From contig NC_057738.1 of NCBI RefSeq assembly GCF_004010195.1, positions 18,555,622-18,619,621 of the forward strand: a stretch of 64,000 nucleotides of DNA, in the 5' to 3' direction. This DNA is from Chiloscyllium plagiosum. Its lineage: Eukaryota. The notes under the pieces were generated by a model that did no database searches, was not told where the DNA came from, and saw only the letters and a list, made by a program, of their open reading frames with translations. Below are positions 25,101 through 35,982 of this stretch, one piece after another (position 1 is the first letter of the stretch; every line of letters begins with the position of its first letter). Position numbers and translations under genes: made by a program.

Positions 25101-26131
25101 GTCCATGGTCCATGTTGGCATCAATTCCTTAGGTAGGGAGAGGAATGTAGACCTACAATCAGACTTTAGGGACCTAAGTAGAAGATTAGCAAGCAGGAAT
25201 TCAAATGTAGTAATTCCAGATTACTCCTAGTGCCATTTCCAAAGTGTGTTCAGATATGAAAGGATACGGTACATGTGTCTGTAAAGATGATGCAGGAAGG
25301 GCAGGCTCTGTACAGGCAGACTGGTTGCTCTGAACTTGCACTGATTTCCTTGTGAGGCATTTTTCTAGAGCTCATGGGAAGGTTTTAAATTAACTTGGCA
25401 GGGTATGGGAGCCAAAAATGAATATTCAACAAGAATACCAGTGTTCACGAAATACCTGAAGAGACAGGTGACATTAACATACAAATAGCACATTAATAGA
25501 TGAAGTTGGACTAAGGGAAAAATTAATGAAGTTTCAAATCAAGGTTACCGTGCATGCTTGCAAGCACACAGGGCATTATATGTTCAGATTTCCATGTGGA
25601 AATATGATTTTGTGGCAAAAACAGAGACCTGGCTCAAGAAAGGTCAAGACTGGGGATTAATTATTCCTAGGTATAAAGTGTTGAAAATAAAAAGAATTGG
25701 AAGTGTTCGCTGGATGACAAAGGAGGTAGAAATTAGGATAAAGAAGTAAATATACATGCAGTACAAATGTCATGTAGAAACCCCAATTGAAAACAAAAAG
25801 CAATACAGAGGGAAGGTGGAAAAATATATTGGAGAAGGAATTGGAATTCTGAGACAAGACTGGCAGTTAACGCAAGGGGGAATCTCAATTCTTTGACAGG
25901 CAAAAAATAGTACATGAGTAGCGAAAGGAGGAATAGGATGAAGTAGGAAAGATAAGAGGGTATAGACAAAAAGACAAGAACATAGCTGAGAAATTAAATT
26001 AATATTTTGTATCTGTCTTTACCAAGGAGTCTTTACCCTGGCCACAGTGACAATGAAGGAAACTTTTCAGTAGCAGAGTTCAAAATTGATAAAGAAAAGG
26101 TATTGTATAGACTGTTAACATTTAAATTTAG

Positions 26132-26350
26132 CCATGATGTGGAGATGCCAGTGTTGGACTGGGATGGACAAAATCAGAAGTCACACAGCACAAGGTTTTA
26201 GCCCAACAGGTTTATTTGAAATCACAAGCTTTCGGAGTGCAGTCCCTTCATCAGGTGAAGTCACCTGACAAAGGGAGCAGCGCTCTAAAAGCTTGTGATT
26301 TCAAATAAACCTGTTGGACTAAAACCTGGTGTCATGTGACTTCTGATTGT
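26132..26350. mobile_element. PLE-derived fold-back element (family A) with two back-to-back hammerhead motifs
   Basis: Symmetry centre at 26259-26260; minus 26222-26258 TCAC-CTGATGA-AGGGACTGCACTCC-GAAA-GCTT-GTGA; plus 26261-26298 is a decayed copy. Confidence 0.85.
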
Positions 26351-26923
26351 GTTTAAAGTTAACAAGGCGTCAGGACTAGATCGGATGCATCCAAGGATTT
26401 TGGCGGAAGTAGACATTATAGGGACACTGATCATTATATTTCAGTTTTTCTGACCTTCAGGGGAGGTGCTAGAAGACTACACAATTGCAGACACCACACC
26501 CTTGTTCTGAACAATGTTGCAAGGTTAAGCCCAGTAATTACAGACCAGACAGTTTAACTTTAATGATGGGACCACCCTATAAAGAGTTATTCAGATGGTC
26601 TATAATCATGTCAAAAAGGTTGGGTTGAATAGGAAGTGCCAAAATAGATTTCTAAATAAGAATTCATGCTTGACTAATTTGCTGAATTTTTCGAACAAAA
26701 TAACTGGAAGGATGTATGAGGGCAATGCTATTGATGTGATAAACTTCCAATCAGCATCTGGTACAATGCCACACAATGGACATGTGAGAAAAAAACATAA
26801 TTTATGAATAAAAGGGTCAGTAGCAAAATGGATACAACATTGCTTGAGGGATAGGAAATGGGGATTAATTAGCAATAGATTTTTTTCGGGGGCTTGAGGA
26901 ATGTTTGTCATAGATTTCCCCAG

Positions 26924-27919
26924 TGTAAAAACTGCATTTATTTTCTATATTTTTGATTATGGACCAAATTGGAAATAGTTCTGTTTTAAAGCCAAAGACT
27001 GTGGAAAAAATTGCTGCACATTTGAAAACGTGTTACTGAAACTCATTGTGTGTGGTATTTACACTGTTGTTTTATTCAAGCCGTGGAAGAGAATGTTTGT
27101 CACTGAGATACGTGTGCAGAGTGAGGTTGATTGGGTAGGCAGCAAGTCGCTAATTGGTTTCTATAATTGTGACTAGTCATGGATGCCAAAAGTCATTGGT
27201 CTGGCTACATCTCTCTGATTGGTTCCTGGGTAACTACACAACATGTGGGTGTGAACAATAAGGTTCAGACTGCTTGAACCTCAGGTTGCGTGCATCTCCA
27301 ATACTTCCATAAAAATACCTGAAGCAGGAAGACAGTTAATTATTTTCTCCTTCCAGTTTTTGTAAAGCTGCTGCCTTTATCCAGTAACAATTAGACTTTG
27401 TAGTTACTGTACCAATTACTCTGTGCCTCCTGCAAAGAAGTAAAAGAATCAGGAGAAAGGAGACTGAAGAACAGAAAGTCCTGGAAAGCCAAAAGGAACA
27501 TCTCAGTGAACTCTATGGTTTGATGCTATGGAATTGTGTTGCCCAGTCTTTTTCACATTACTCATAAAACCAATTATCTTTATCTGTGTGCGCATATATG
27601 TGTGTGTGTTTATGCATTCGCGTGTGTGTGCCTGCATGTGTGTGTGTTTTGCGTGTTTGTGTATGTGTGTATGGCTTTTAAAAGAGGATTAAAGTTGTAG
27701 GGCAATGTGTTGATAGTTCACAGATGATTAGAATTTGCTTATTTATAATAAATAATAGTTTATGTTAAGTACAGGACCCAGATCAGTGTTTTCTGTTAAC
27801 TTGATTCCAACAATGAGGTAAATGGGTATATTGTATCCTTTTAAATCATTCACTGTTGTGGTGATCCCAGGTGTAATGGGACTTGAGAGTCAGTGCATTT
27901 ACTCCAGTGAATTGTAACG
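26924..27919. mobile_element. Solo LTR-like insertion with 4-bp TSD
   Basis: TGTAA...TAACG termini, CCAG at 26920-26923 and 27920-27923; splits the CR1 PQG/VLGP motif; contains a (TG)n tract. Confidence 0.75.
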
Positions 27920-28333
27920 CCAGAGTTCAGTATTGGGACCCTTGCTTTTCCCTGTATATATAAATAAATTTTCTAGTTCTTTAAACTTGTAGGTGTGAAT
28001 AATAAGGGGAGAGTCCTTCAGACTGCTTGAACCTCAGGTTTTATTCATCTCCAATATGTATGCAACCACACAGAGTAGAGCAAATAAGACTTGGATATTA
28101 CAGGCTTAGATTGCCATGGGGAAATATGATGTTGTGACAACACCGAAGACATGGCTTGGGATGATACAAAACTTTGAAGCATTGTAATCTATGAAGAGGA
28201 TAGTGTAAGACTTCAGTAGTACATAGACAAGCTGGTGGGATCAGCAGATTGTTGGCACATAAATTTAAATGTGAAGAAATGTGAGGGGATGCATTTTGAA
28301 AGAAAGATCAGGGACAGACAATAAAATAAGAGG

Positions 28334-28481
28334 AGTTCAGGCAGCATCCAAGGAGCTTCGAAATCGACATGCCCGAAACGTCGATTTCGAAGCTCCTTAG
28401 ATGCTGCCTGAACTGCTGTGCTCTTCCAGAACCACTAATCCAGGATCTGGTTTCCAGCATCTGCAGTCATTGTTTTTACCT
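28334..28481. mobile_element. PLE-derived fold-back element (family B) with 14-bp TSD
   Basis: Arms AGTTCAGGCAGCATCCAAGGAGCTTCGAAATCGAC / GTCGATTTCGAAGCTCCTTAGATGCTGCCTGAACT; AATAAAATAAGAGG at 28320-28333 and 28482-28495. Confidence 0.85.
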
Positions 28482-29214
28482 AATAAAATAAGAGGTGCAA
28501 TTCTAAAGGGGGTAGAGAAGCAAAGAGTCATGGACATGCATGTTCACAGATCATTGAATATGGCAAGAAAGATGGAGGGCATATTTCATAAAGCATATAG
28601 AATCCTGGACTTAACAGAGATATAGAGTTCAATAGCAAGAAAGTAATGTCAAACTTGTCCAACAAACCTTTTTAGACTTCAGCTGGATGTTTGTGTACAG
28701 TTCTGGGCACCAAACAAAAAGGATGTAAAGGCGTTGGAGTGAAAGCAGAAGAGATTTACAGGAGCGATTCCAGGGATGAGAGACTTCCGTTATGAGAATT
28801 GATTGGAAAAGTTGGAACTGTTCTCCTTGGAGAGAAGAAGGCAAACAGGAGATCTGATAGACATTTCCGAAAATCATGAGGAGGTTGGTTAGAATTGATA
28901 GGGATAGTTCCTGCTTTAAAAAAGATCAAGAATAAGAGGGCACTGATTTAAAGTGATTTGCACAAAAAGAAAACAGGTGAGAAAAATCATTTTCATACAG
29001 TGAGTGGTTCCAGTCTGGAATGTACTGGAATGTGGTTCAATCAAGGCATTCAAGAGAGAACTGGATAATTATTTAAAAATTTTGAAAATGTATAAGCATA
29101 TGTGAAAAGGCTGGAAAGTGGCACTAACTCATAATGTTAATGTGGAGTCAGACACGATGGGCCAAATAACCTCTTTCAACATTGCAACACTTCTGTATTA
29201 TACCATTTATTCAT

Positions 29215-29600
29215 CTTCCAAAGAAATGCAGCATGTCCCTTTGGAAAAGCTTCAAGCAGAACTGAATGAGTCAGAGCACAATGGAATAATTCAGAAGGTG
29301 TATGCAAAGACTACACCATTGCTCAAATGGTGAGTGTTATGTTCAGTTCAGTCATTGTCCCAGATTAGACAGTGTCTGACAGTTCTGGACTGCAGTTCAC
29401 TGGCAAACCACTTCAAAACATGTCAGCTAAATGTAAACAACCCATCTCTCATGGTCACCTCACTATCTATGCTCAAACAGCTAGCAGATTTTACTGAACC
29501 CACAATCAAATCAATGATCATTAAGTGTCAGACCACAAAACAAGATTTTTGCATTGTATTGCTGCAATCTTCCACAATACCATGAAGAAGGGATTATCAT
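29215..29600 (+). mobile_element. Heavily deleted Gypsy pol remnant
   Basis: VPLEKLQAELNESEHNGIIQKV (RT start) followed by a VSDSSGLQFT-like integrase motif. Confidence 0.5.
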
Positions 29601-29604
29601 CTGC

Positions 29605-29700
29605 AGCACTCAGAGTGAAGAGGATGTCTGATACTCCTGTTTACATCTGTCAGCCAGGACTCTCTGATTGGACCACATTAACAGCCCCAATCAGGGAACT
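29605..29700 (-). mobile_element. Gypsy LTR fragment
   Basis: Reverse complement of 33790-33890 (AGTTCCCTGATTGG.GCTGTTAAT.TGGTCCAATCAG). Confidence 0.75.
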
Positions 29701-30040
29701 GGGTGGCTCAGTGGTTAGCACTGCTGACTCAGAGTGGGACCCAGATTCAATTCAAGCCTTGGGCAACTGTCTGTGTGGATTTTGCTCATTCTCCCCGTAT
29801 CTGCGTAGGTTTTCTTCAGGTGCTCCGGTTTCCTCCCACAATCCAAAGATGTGCAGGTTAGGTGCATTGGCCATGCTAAATTGACCATAGTGTTCAGGGA
29901 CGTATAGGTTAGGTGCATTAGTGATGGGTAACTGTAGAGTAATAGGTTTGGGGAATACATCTGTGTGGGTTACTCTTCAGAGGGTTGGTGTGGACTTGTT
30001 GGGCCGAAGGACCTGTTACCATACTGTAGGGATTCTATGG
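29701..30040 (+). mobile_element. HE1-type SINE
   Basis: GGTGGCTCAGTGGTTAGCACTGCTG head to GGGATTCTATG tail. Confidence 0.9.
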
Positions 30041-30969
30041 ATTTATGTCAGAAAGTCAAGTAAATATGGCTTTGCCCAACAACCAAATTGTCTAACCATT
30101 CTGAGACTTAGGACATTCTTCTCCAAGATACAAAGATCATTTGGTTATTTTGAGCTGGGGACTTAGAAAATGGGAACATATACTGCTTTAAATCGAGGAA
30201 ACTGGAAGGGAATGTTGCAGTTTTAACAATAAGTTACTGCAACTCATTGTGACTTTTATCTACAATGTTGCCATATTTAAGCAGTGGGGGAGGATGTTAG
30301 ACAATTTGTCTGTGTCTATGTGTGTTCAGGGCAGTTTTGTACAGAGAATTTGTTTGGTTGTTGTAGGCTCAGCATAGTAACAGCCACTATTGGTTCCTGG
30401 GCAAGTGATTACAGCACTGCATGGGGCCAATTGGGCAGAAACATCTAGCCTGTGAAAAGAAAGTGCCCCAATCTCTCACTCTCCCTCCCCACCCCACCCC
30501 CCACCCCAAAAGTAACAGAAAATCCCCAGGTAATTTTTCCCACTCACCTTTTCCATGGGAACTGCATTTTCTGAAAATTGCAGTAATGATGGGAGGAAAG
30601 GGGTAAAAACACCTTCAGAGACCTTGAAAGGAGCAAATTCTTAACTAGTGAATGAAAATGAACATTGGTGTACAGAAAACCTTATCTCATCAGTAAAGAA
30701 CTGAGAAGAGGTGGAACTGAAAGACAACAACTCATCAATTCTTGTAGCTATAATTAGTGCTATCAAACTGTTCCTTCCTGTTTTATTTTTCTTTTCTCAT
30801 TTTTATGAGAAATTTTAAATTTTCTCATTTATTTTTGTTTTGTTTTGTTGTTTGTCTGTTTGCATTGTGTATGGGAATTTCAAATTTGCATTGTGTGTGG
30901 GTTTACATTACAGGATTACAACAGCAATTCATGTTCTTTCCTTGCATTGGCTTAAACAGCTTGATAACA

Positions 30970-31105
30970 ATAGAAACCTAGAAAATACGAGCAGGAGTAG
31001 GCCATTTAGCCCTTTGAGCCTGCTCCACCATTCAATGGTTGATTATACAGTTCAGTACCATGTTCTTGCTTTCACTCAGCATGGTTGACCCCTGTAATCC
31101 CCAAG
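30970..31105 (-). mobile_element. CR1 3' end
   Basis: GCAGGAGTAGGCCATTTAGCCCTTTGAGCCTGCTCCACCATTCAAT, like 47755-47805. Confidence 0.7.
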
Positions 31106-31157
31106 GACTTCAAAGAACAAATAATTATTTTCTTTTTAATGAAAAGACCCAGTTTGC

Positions 31158-32385
31158 ATTGTTGGAAGGAATCCTGAGGGACAGGATGTACATGTATTTG
31201 GAAAGGCAAGGACTGATTCGGGATAGTCAACATGGTTTTGTATGTGGGAATTCATGTCTCACAAACTTGATTGAGTTTTTTGAGGATGTAACGAAGAGGA
31301 TTGATGAGGGCAGAGCAATACAGGGAGAACTAGCCATTTGGATACAGAACTGGCTCAAAGGTAGAAGACAGAGGGTGGTGGTGGAGGGTTGTTTTTCAGA
31401 CTGGAGGCCTGTGACCAGTGGAGTGCCACAAGGATTGGTGCTGGGTCCTCTACTTTTTGTCATTTACGTAAATGATTTGGTTGCGAGCATAAGAGGTACA
31501 ATTAGTAAGTTTACAGATGATACCAAAATTGGAGGTGTAGTGGACAGCGAAGAGGGTTACCTCAGATTACACCAGGATCTGGACCAGATGGGCCAATGGG
31601 CTGAGAAGTGGCAGATGGAGTTTAATTCAGAAAAATGTGAGGTGCTGCATTTTGGGAAAGCAAATCTTATTAGGACTTATACACTTAGTGGTAAGGTCCT
31701 AGGGAGTGTTGCTGAACTAAGAGACCTTGGAGTGCTGGTTCATAGCTCCTTGAAAGTGGGTAGATAGGATAGAGAAGAAGGTGTTTGGTATGCTTTTGTT
31801 TATTGGTCAGAGTATTGAGTACAGGAGTTGGGAGGTCATGTTGCGGATGTGCAGGACATTGGTTAGGTCACTGTTGGAATACTGCGTGCAACTCCGGCCA
31901 CCTTCCTATTGGAAAGATGTTGTGAAACTTGAAAGGGTTTAGAAAAGATTTACAAGGCTGTTGCCAGGGTTGGAGGATTTGAGCTATAGGGAGAGGCTGA
32001 ACAGGCTGGGGCTGTTTTCCCTGGAGCGTCGGAGGCTGAAGGATGACCTTATAGGGGTTTACAAAATTATGAGGGTCTTTTCCCTGGGGTTGGGGAGGGC
32101 ATAGGTTTATGGTGAGAGAGGTAAGATATAAAAGAGACCTATGGGGCAACTTTATCACACAGAGGGTGGTACATGTATGGAATGAGCTGCCAGAAGATGT
32201 GCTGGAGGCTGGTACAATTGCAACATTTAAGAGGCATCTGGATGAGTATATGAATAGGAAGGGTTTAGAGGGATATGGGCCGGGTGCTGGCAGGTGGGAC
32301 TAGATTGGGTTGGGATAACTGGTCAGCATGGGCGGGTTGGACCGAAGGGTCTGTTTCCATGCTGTACATCTCTATGACTCTATGC
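31158..32385 (+). mobile_element. Young CR1 LINE RT region with internal deletions
   Basis: SQHGFVCGNSCLTNLIEFF...SGVPQGLVLGPLLFVIYVND...KFTDDTK; near-identical to 19841-20851. Confidence 0.95.
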
Positions 32386-32485
32386 ATAATATTTTAACCT
32401 GAGTTAGATAGCTATGTAGGATAGCTATGTAAAATTGTGCAATTTGGTGGTTTAATCAAATTTTCACATTTGTAACCACTCTGGG

Positions 32486-33972
32486 TGTAGTGATTGTAAC
32501 AAGGTCAACGAGGTGGACCTCACAGAATATGAGTTTCCTGATTGGATGATGAATGGCATGGGGCTGTTCTTATATGTCAAAGGCTATTTGTCTTCAGGAA
32601 ATACTCAAATTCCCTGCTGGTCAATGATGGCCCGATGTCTGTGACCAACACTTCCAGGAGTCCATGTATTACAAAAGATACTCACAGCTTTTCTATCGTC
32701 GTCCCTATGTTTGACAAATGAATTCTATGCACATCCAACCACTTTGAGCAGGCATCCACAATGACTAACAACATTGAGCCCATCAACAGGCTGGCATCGT
32801 TGACGTGTAATCAAATCTAGGGTTTACCTGGCCATTCCCATGAATGTGATGGATGTACTACCTGAACTCCACCAGGGTCATCCTGGGCTTTCCAAAATGG
32901 AGATGTTGGTGAGAAGTTATGTCTGATAGCCAGGATTAGATGCTGACACTGCTGCTTTGGTGGAGCAGTGCCCACAATGCCAACAAAGTTCAATGGCATT
33001 AAGCATACAAGGGCAGCTCCATACCATGCATTGTTGATTGCTTGAAGGCAGGCTTAAAGAAACACTCAATATCAAACTGTCCCAGTTTTTGTTTGATTAT
33101 CAGACCAACCCTCATGCAGCTACAGGGATAGCTCCAGCAGAGTTGCTGATGGGGAGAAGATGCCACATCAGGTTAACGCTGACCTTCCTGGACCTGGAGG
33201 GGAGGGTGAAAGAGCGTCAGGAATGCCAATGCTGACGCAAGATTCTTCTAAGTGAGAGAGACAGTTTAGTTCAGGAGACAATGTTTGGTGCCAAAATGAT
33301 GAAAATGGCACTGCATGGGTGAGAGGCGTGGTCGACACTAGGTCAAGTCCCGTGACATACAAAGTTTGGGTAGGTGAAGCGGTCCTGAACAAGCACACGG
33401 ACCACATGAAAGCTGCAAACTCGCAAACGGAGTAGGGGCAAAACATACTTGGCCCGTCAAAATACAGTCAAGGCTGTCAGAACCTGTGGGCTTTCCCTCT
33501 TTATCTGGAGTCGAAGAAACCTCAGACTCTGAGATGGATGCAGCCTCGTTGCCTTTACTGACTGAAAAAGAGAATGAATATCTCATGAGATGCTCTGGGT
33601 GCAAGAGGGCTGGTACAGCCCAGGACACGCTCCTTCTGTCTGAGGCTGGGTCAGAGGAACCAGACCTGGTGCAAAAACAGACCAGGAGAGGCTACAAGAG
33701 AAAAACCAGGCCTACATTCCTGGACTTAGAAGGGGAGGGATGTAGTGATTGTAACCAGGTCCATCAGCTAGGTGCACCTCATAAAATCTGAGTTCCCTGA
33801 TTGGAGCTGTTAATCTGGTCCAATCAGGGAGCGCTGGCTGACAGTTATAAACAAGAGTGTCAAAGGTTCTGGTCACTCTGAGAGCTGGCAGTGAGGGAGC
33901 TGGAACAGCATCAAGTACGTTGCATGTGTAAATAAAGGGTGACAAAATCCCATCCTCTGTGGAGTTATTTCA
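32486..33972 (+). mobile_element. Internally deleted, rearranged Gypsy LTR retrotransposon with 5-bp TSD
   Basis: 5' LTR stub 32486-32545, integrase remnants (FLFDYQTNPHAATGIAPAELLMGR), PPT AGAAGGGGAGGGA, 3' LTR 33741-33972 (TG..CA), CTGGG at 32481-32485 and 33973-33977. Confidence 0.88.
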
Positions 33973-34587
33973 CTGGGAATAGTGGCACTTAATTTCCAGC
34001 ACATTTCCTCAATGAGTCAGACCAATTGTCAGAGGAGGATGAAGAGATAGACAATGAGAAAGCAAGAGAATTCCCAAAACACAAGGTGGCAGCAGAGTAG
34101 GAGTGCTGAGCCTGGCGTCCATCTGCTCCCATCTGCGTTCTTTCATTTTTTTCTACTTTTCACTTTGGCTTTTCTTTCTTTATTTTCTTGTTTCTTTGTT
34201 TCCTTCCATTTAGAGTCTGGAGAGTGGTGGGTGAATGAGAAGACACCCGATGGCAGCAAAACCAACTCTAGGATAAGCCAGTCACTGCTCCACCCCAGCC
34301 TGGGTTCTTCCAATGGGCAAGGAGCAGATCTGAGGCTCATTCCACGGCCCAGACTCACAGGCTGGGCCAAGGCTGCAGGTCTGCAGCTAGGCCCGGGTCC
34401 CTGAAGATGCAGAAGCATCAGTATAGGGATGGGTGCTGGACTGGTAGCAGTGTCTGGAGGAGCATCGGATGGGGAACAGGATGAACAGAGCCCGCGCATC
34501 TCCAGGCACACAGCTGCGGCTCAGACACAGCTGTCACGGGAGTGGTGGTGGAGGAGGCCAGTAACTGAGACACCGACAGAATCGTGT

Positions 34588-34925
34588 GGCGGCACAGTGG
34601 CTCAGTGGTTAGCACTGCTGCCTCACAATGCTAGGGACCCGGGTTCAATTCCAACCTCAAGCAAATGTCTGTGTGGAGTTTGCATATTCTCCATGTGTTT
34701 GCGTGGGTTTCCTCCGGGTGCTCCAGTTTCCTCTCACAATCCAAAGATGTGCAGGCCAGGTGAATTGGCCATGCTAAATTGCCTATTGTGTTCATGGATA
34801 TGTAGGTTAGGTACATTAATCAGGGGTAAGTATAGGGAATGGGAATGGGGGCGTTATTCTTCGGTGGGTCGGTGTGAACTTGTTGGGCCGAAGGTCCTGT
34901 TTCCACACTGTAGGGATGCTATGAT
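34588..34925 (+). mobile_element. HE1-type SINE
   Basis: Complete head GGCGGCACAGTGGCTCAGTGG, B-box GGTTCAATTCC. Confidence 0.92.
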
Positions 34926-35164
34926 GAATCTATTGCAGACATCCAGGAGCCTGTTTCAGAAACTCCAGCTGATGTCAAGCAGCAACTGGAAGCGCAGAGA
35001 AGGAGGACCAAGATGCAGAGAGAAAGATGAACTCTACTGCAGTAAAATCTTGCATTATATTCAGTGTTTCAAGATGACACCAGAGCGTGGTGACACTTTG
35101 CATACAACATGCAAAAAAACACTTCTCACTGTATCTGTTTGTACATGTGATAGTAAATCTAAGT

Positions 35165-35510
35165 CAGAGAATAAATCCAGTGTGGAAACAGGCCATTCTG
35201 CCCTACGGTCCCACACCAATCCTCCAAACAACATCCCACCAAGAACCATCCTCCTACCGTATCCCTGTAACCCTGCATTTCCCAGGGCTAACCCACCCAG
35301 CCTGCACAGCCCTGAACACTATGAGCAATTTAGCATGTCCAATCCACCTGACCTGCACATCTTTGGACTGTGGGAGGAAACCAGAGCACCCGGAGGAAAC
35401 CCACACAGACATGGGGAGAATGTAAAAACTGCACACAGACAGTCACCTGAAGGTGGATTCAAACCTGGGTCCCTGGCACTGTGAGGCAGCAGTGCTAACT
35501 AATGAGCCAC
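35165..35510 (-). mobile_element. HE1-type SINE
   Basis: Reverse copy of the same SINE, inserted into a (TAAATC)n tail. Confidence 0.9.
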
Positions 35511-35982
35511 TAAATCTAAATCTAAATTGATGCATTGGGCAGAGAGTTCAAGTTAGAGGAAAAAGACCCTTGGACACCAGGTTATATAAAGTCGTTCATG
35601 ATAATTATACTACATTGAAAAGGAACAGAAGAGACCTCAGACCAATGTACAACACACCAATCATGTTTGTGAAGAGAGTGAGGAAAGTGATATTTGTTGG
35701 GGGCGATGCTGAATGACAGCAACTAGCAACAAGACAACCTAGTCAAACAAGTGCAGTACTGAACAACTCAAATCTGTCCAAACAGGCATCAATCTCCAGG
35801 TCAGGAATGGGGAAGGGGGCGGGGAACCTCTGAAACCCACTTGGGGAAGGCTAGAATATTGTAACAGAACACAGCAGAATGGATGTTCAATCAGGTTTGG
35901 ATTTTCCAACATGGCAGGAGGCCAACAGCCTTTGATATTGCGAAAAAGGTAACCCAGCAATGAAATTTCCAAACCAAAGCAA

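Larger units (their letters stand above)
24640..29190 (+). mobile_element. Old long CR1 LINE (ORF1 SGNH esterase plus ORF2 remnants), multiply interrupted
   Basis: ARVKDVT..LQSIL.G.GEQ and VHVGINSLG (esterase), KYDFVAKTETWL (endonuclease), NSCLTNLL, F-PQ|..VLGP, DDTKL and a CR1-like 3' end. Confidence 0.8.
30266..34030. mobile_element. Candidate old LTR-like host element split by CR1 and Gypsy insertions
   Basis: Segments 30266-30965, 32390-32485 and 33973-34030 join into a sequence organised like the 26924-27919 LTR; no TSD seen. Confidence 0.35.

Noticed and set aside
34429-35484. Longest ORF in the track (351 aa)
   Set aside because: It runs through two oppositely oriented HE1 SINEs and other repeat sequence; the peptide (VAQWLALL..., PGGNPHRHGEN) is SINE translation, not a gene.
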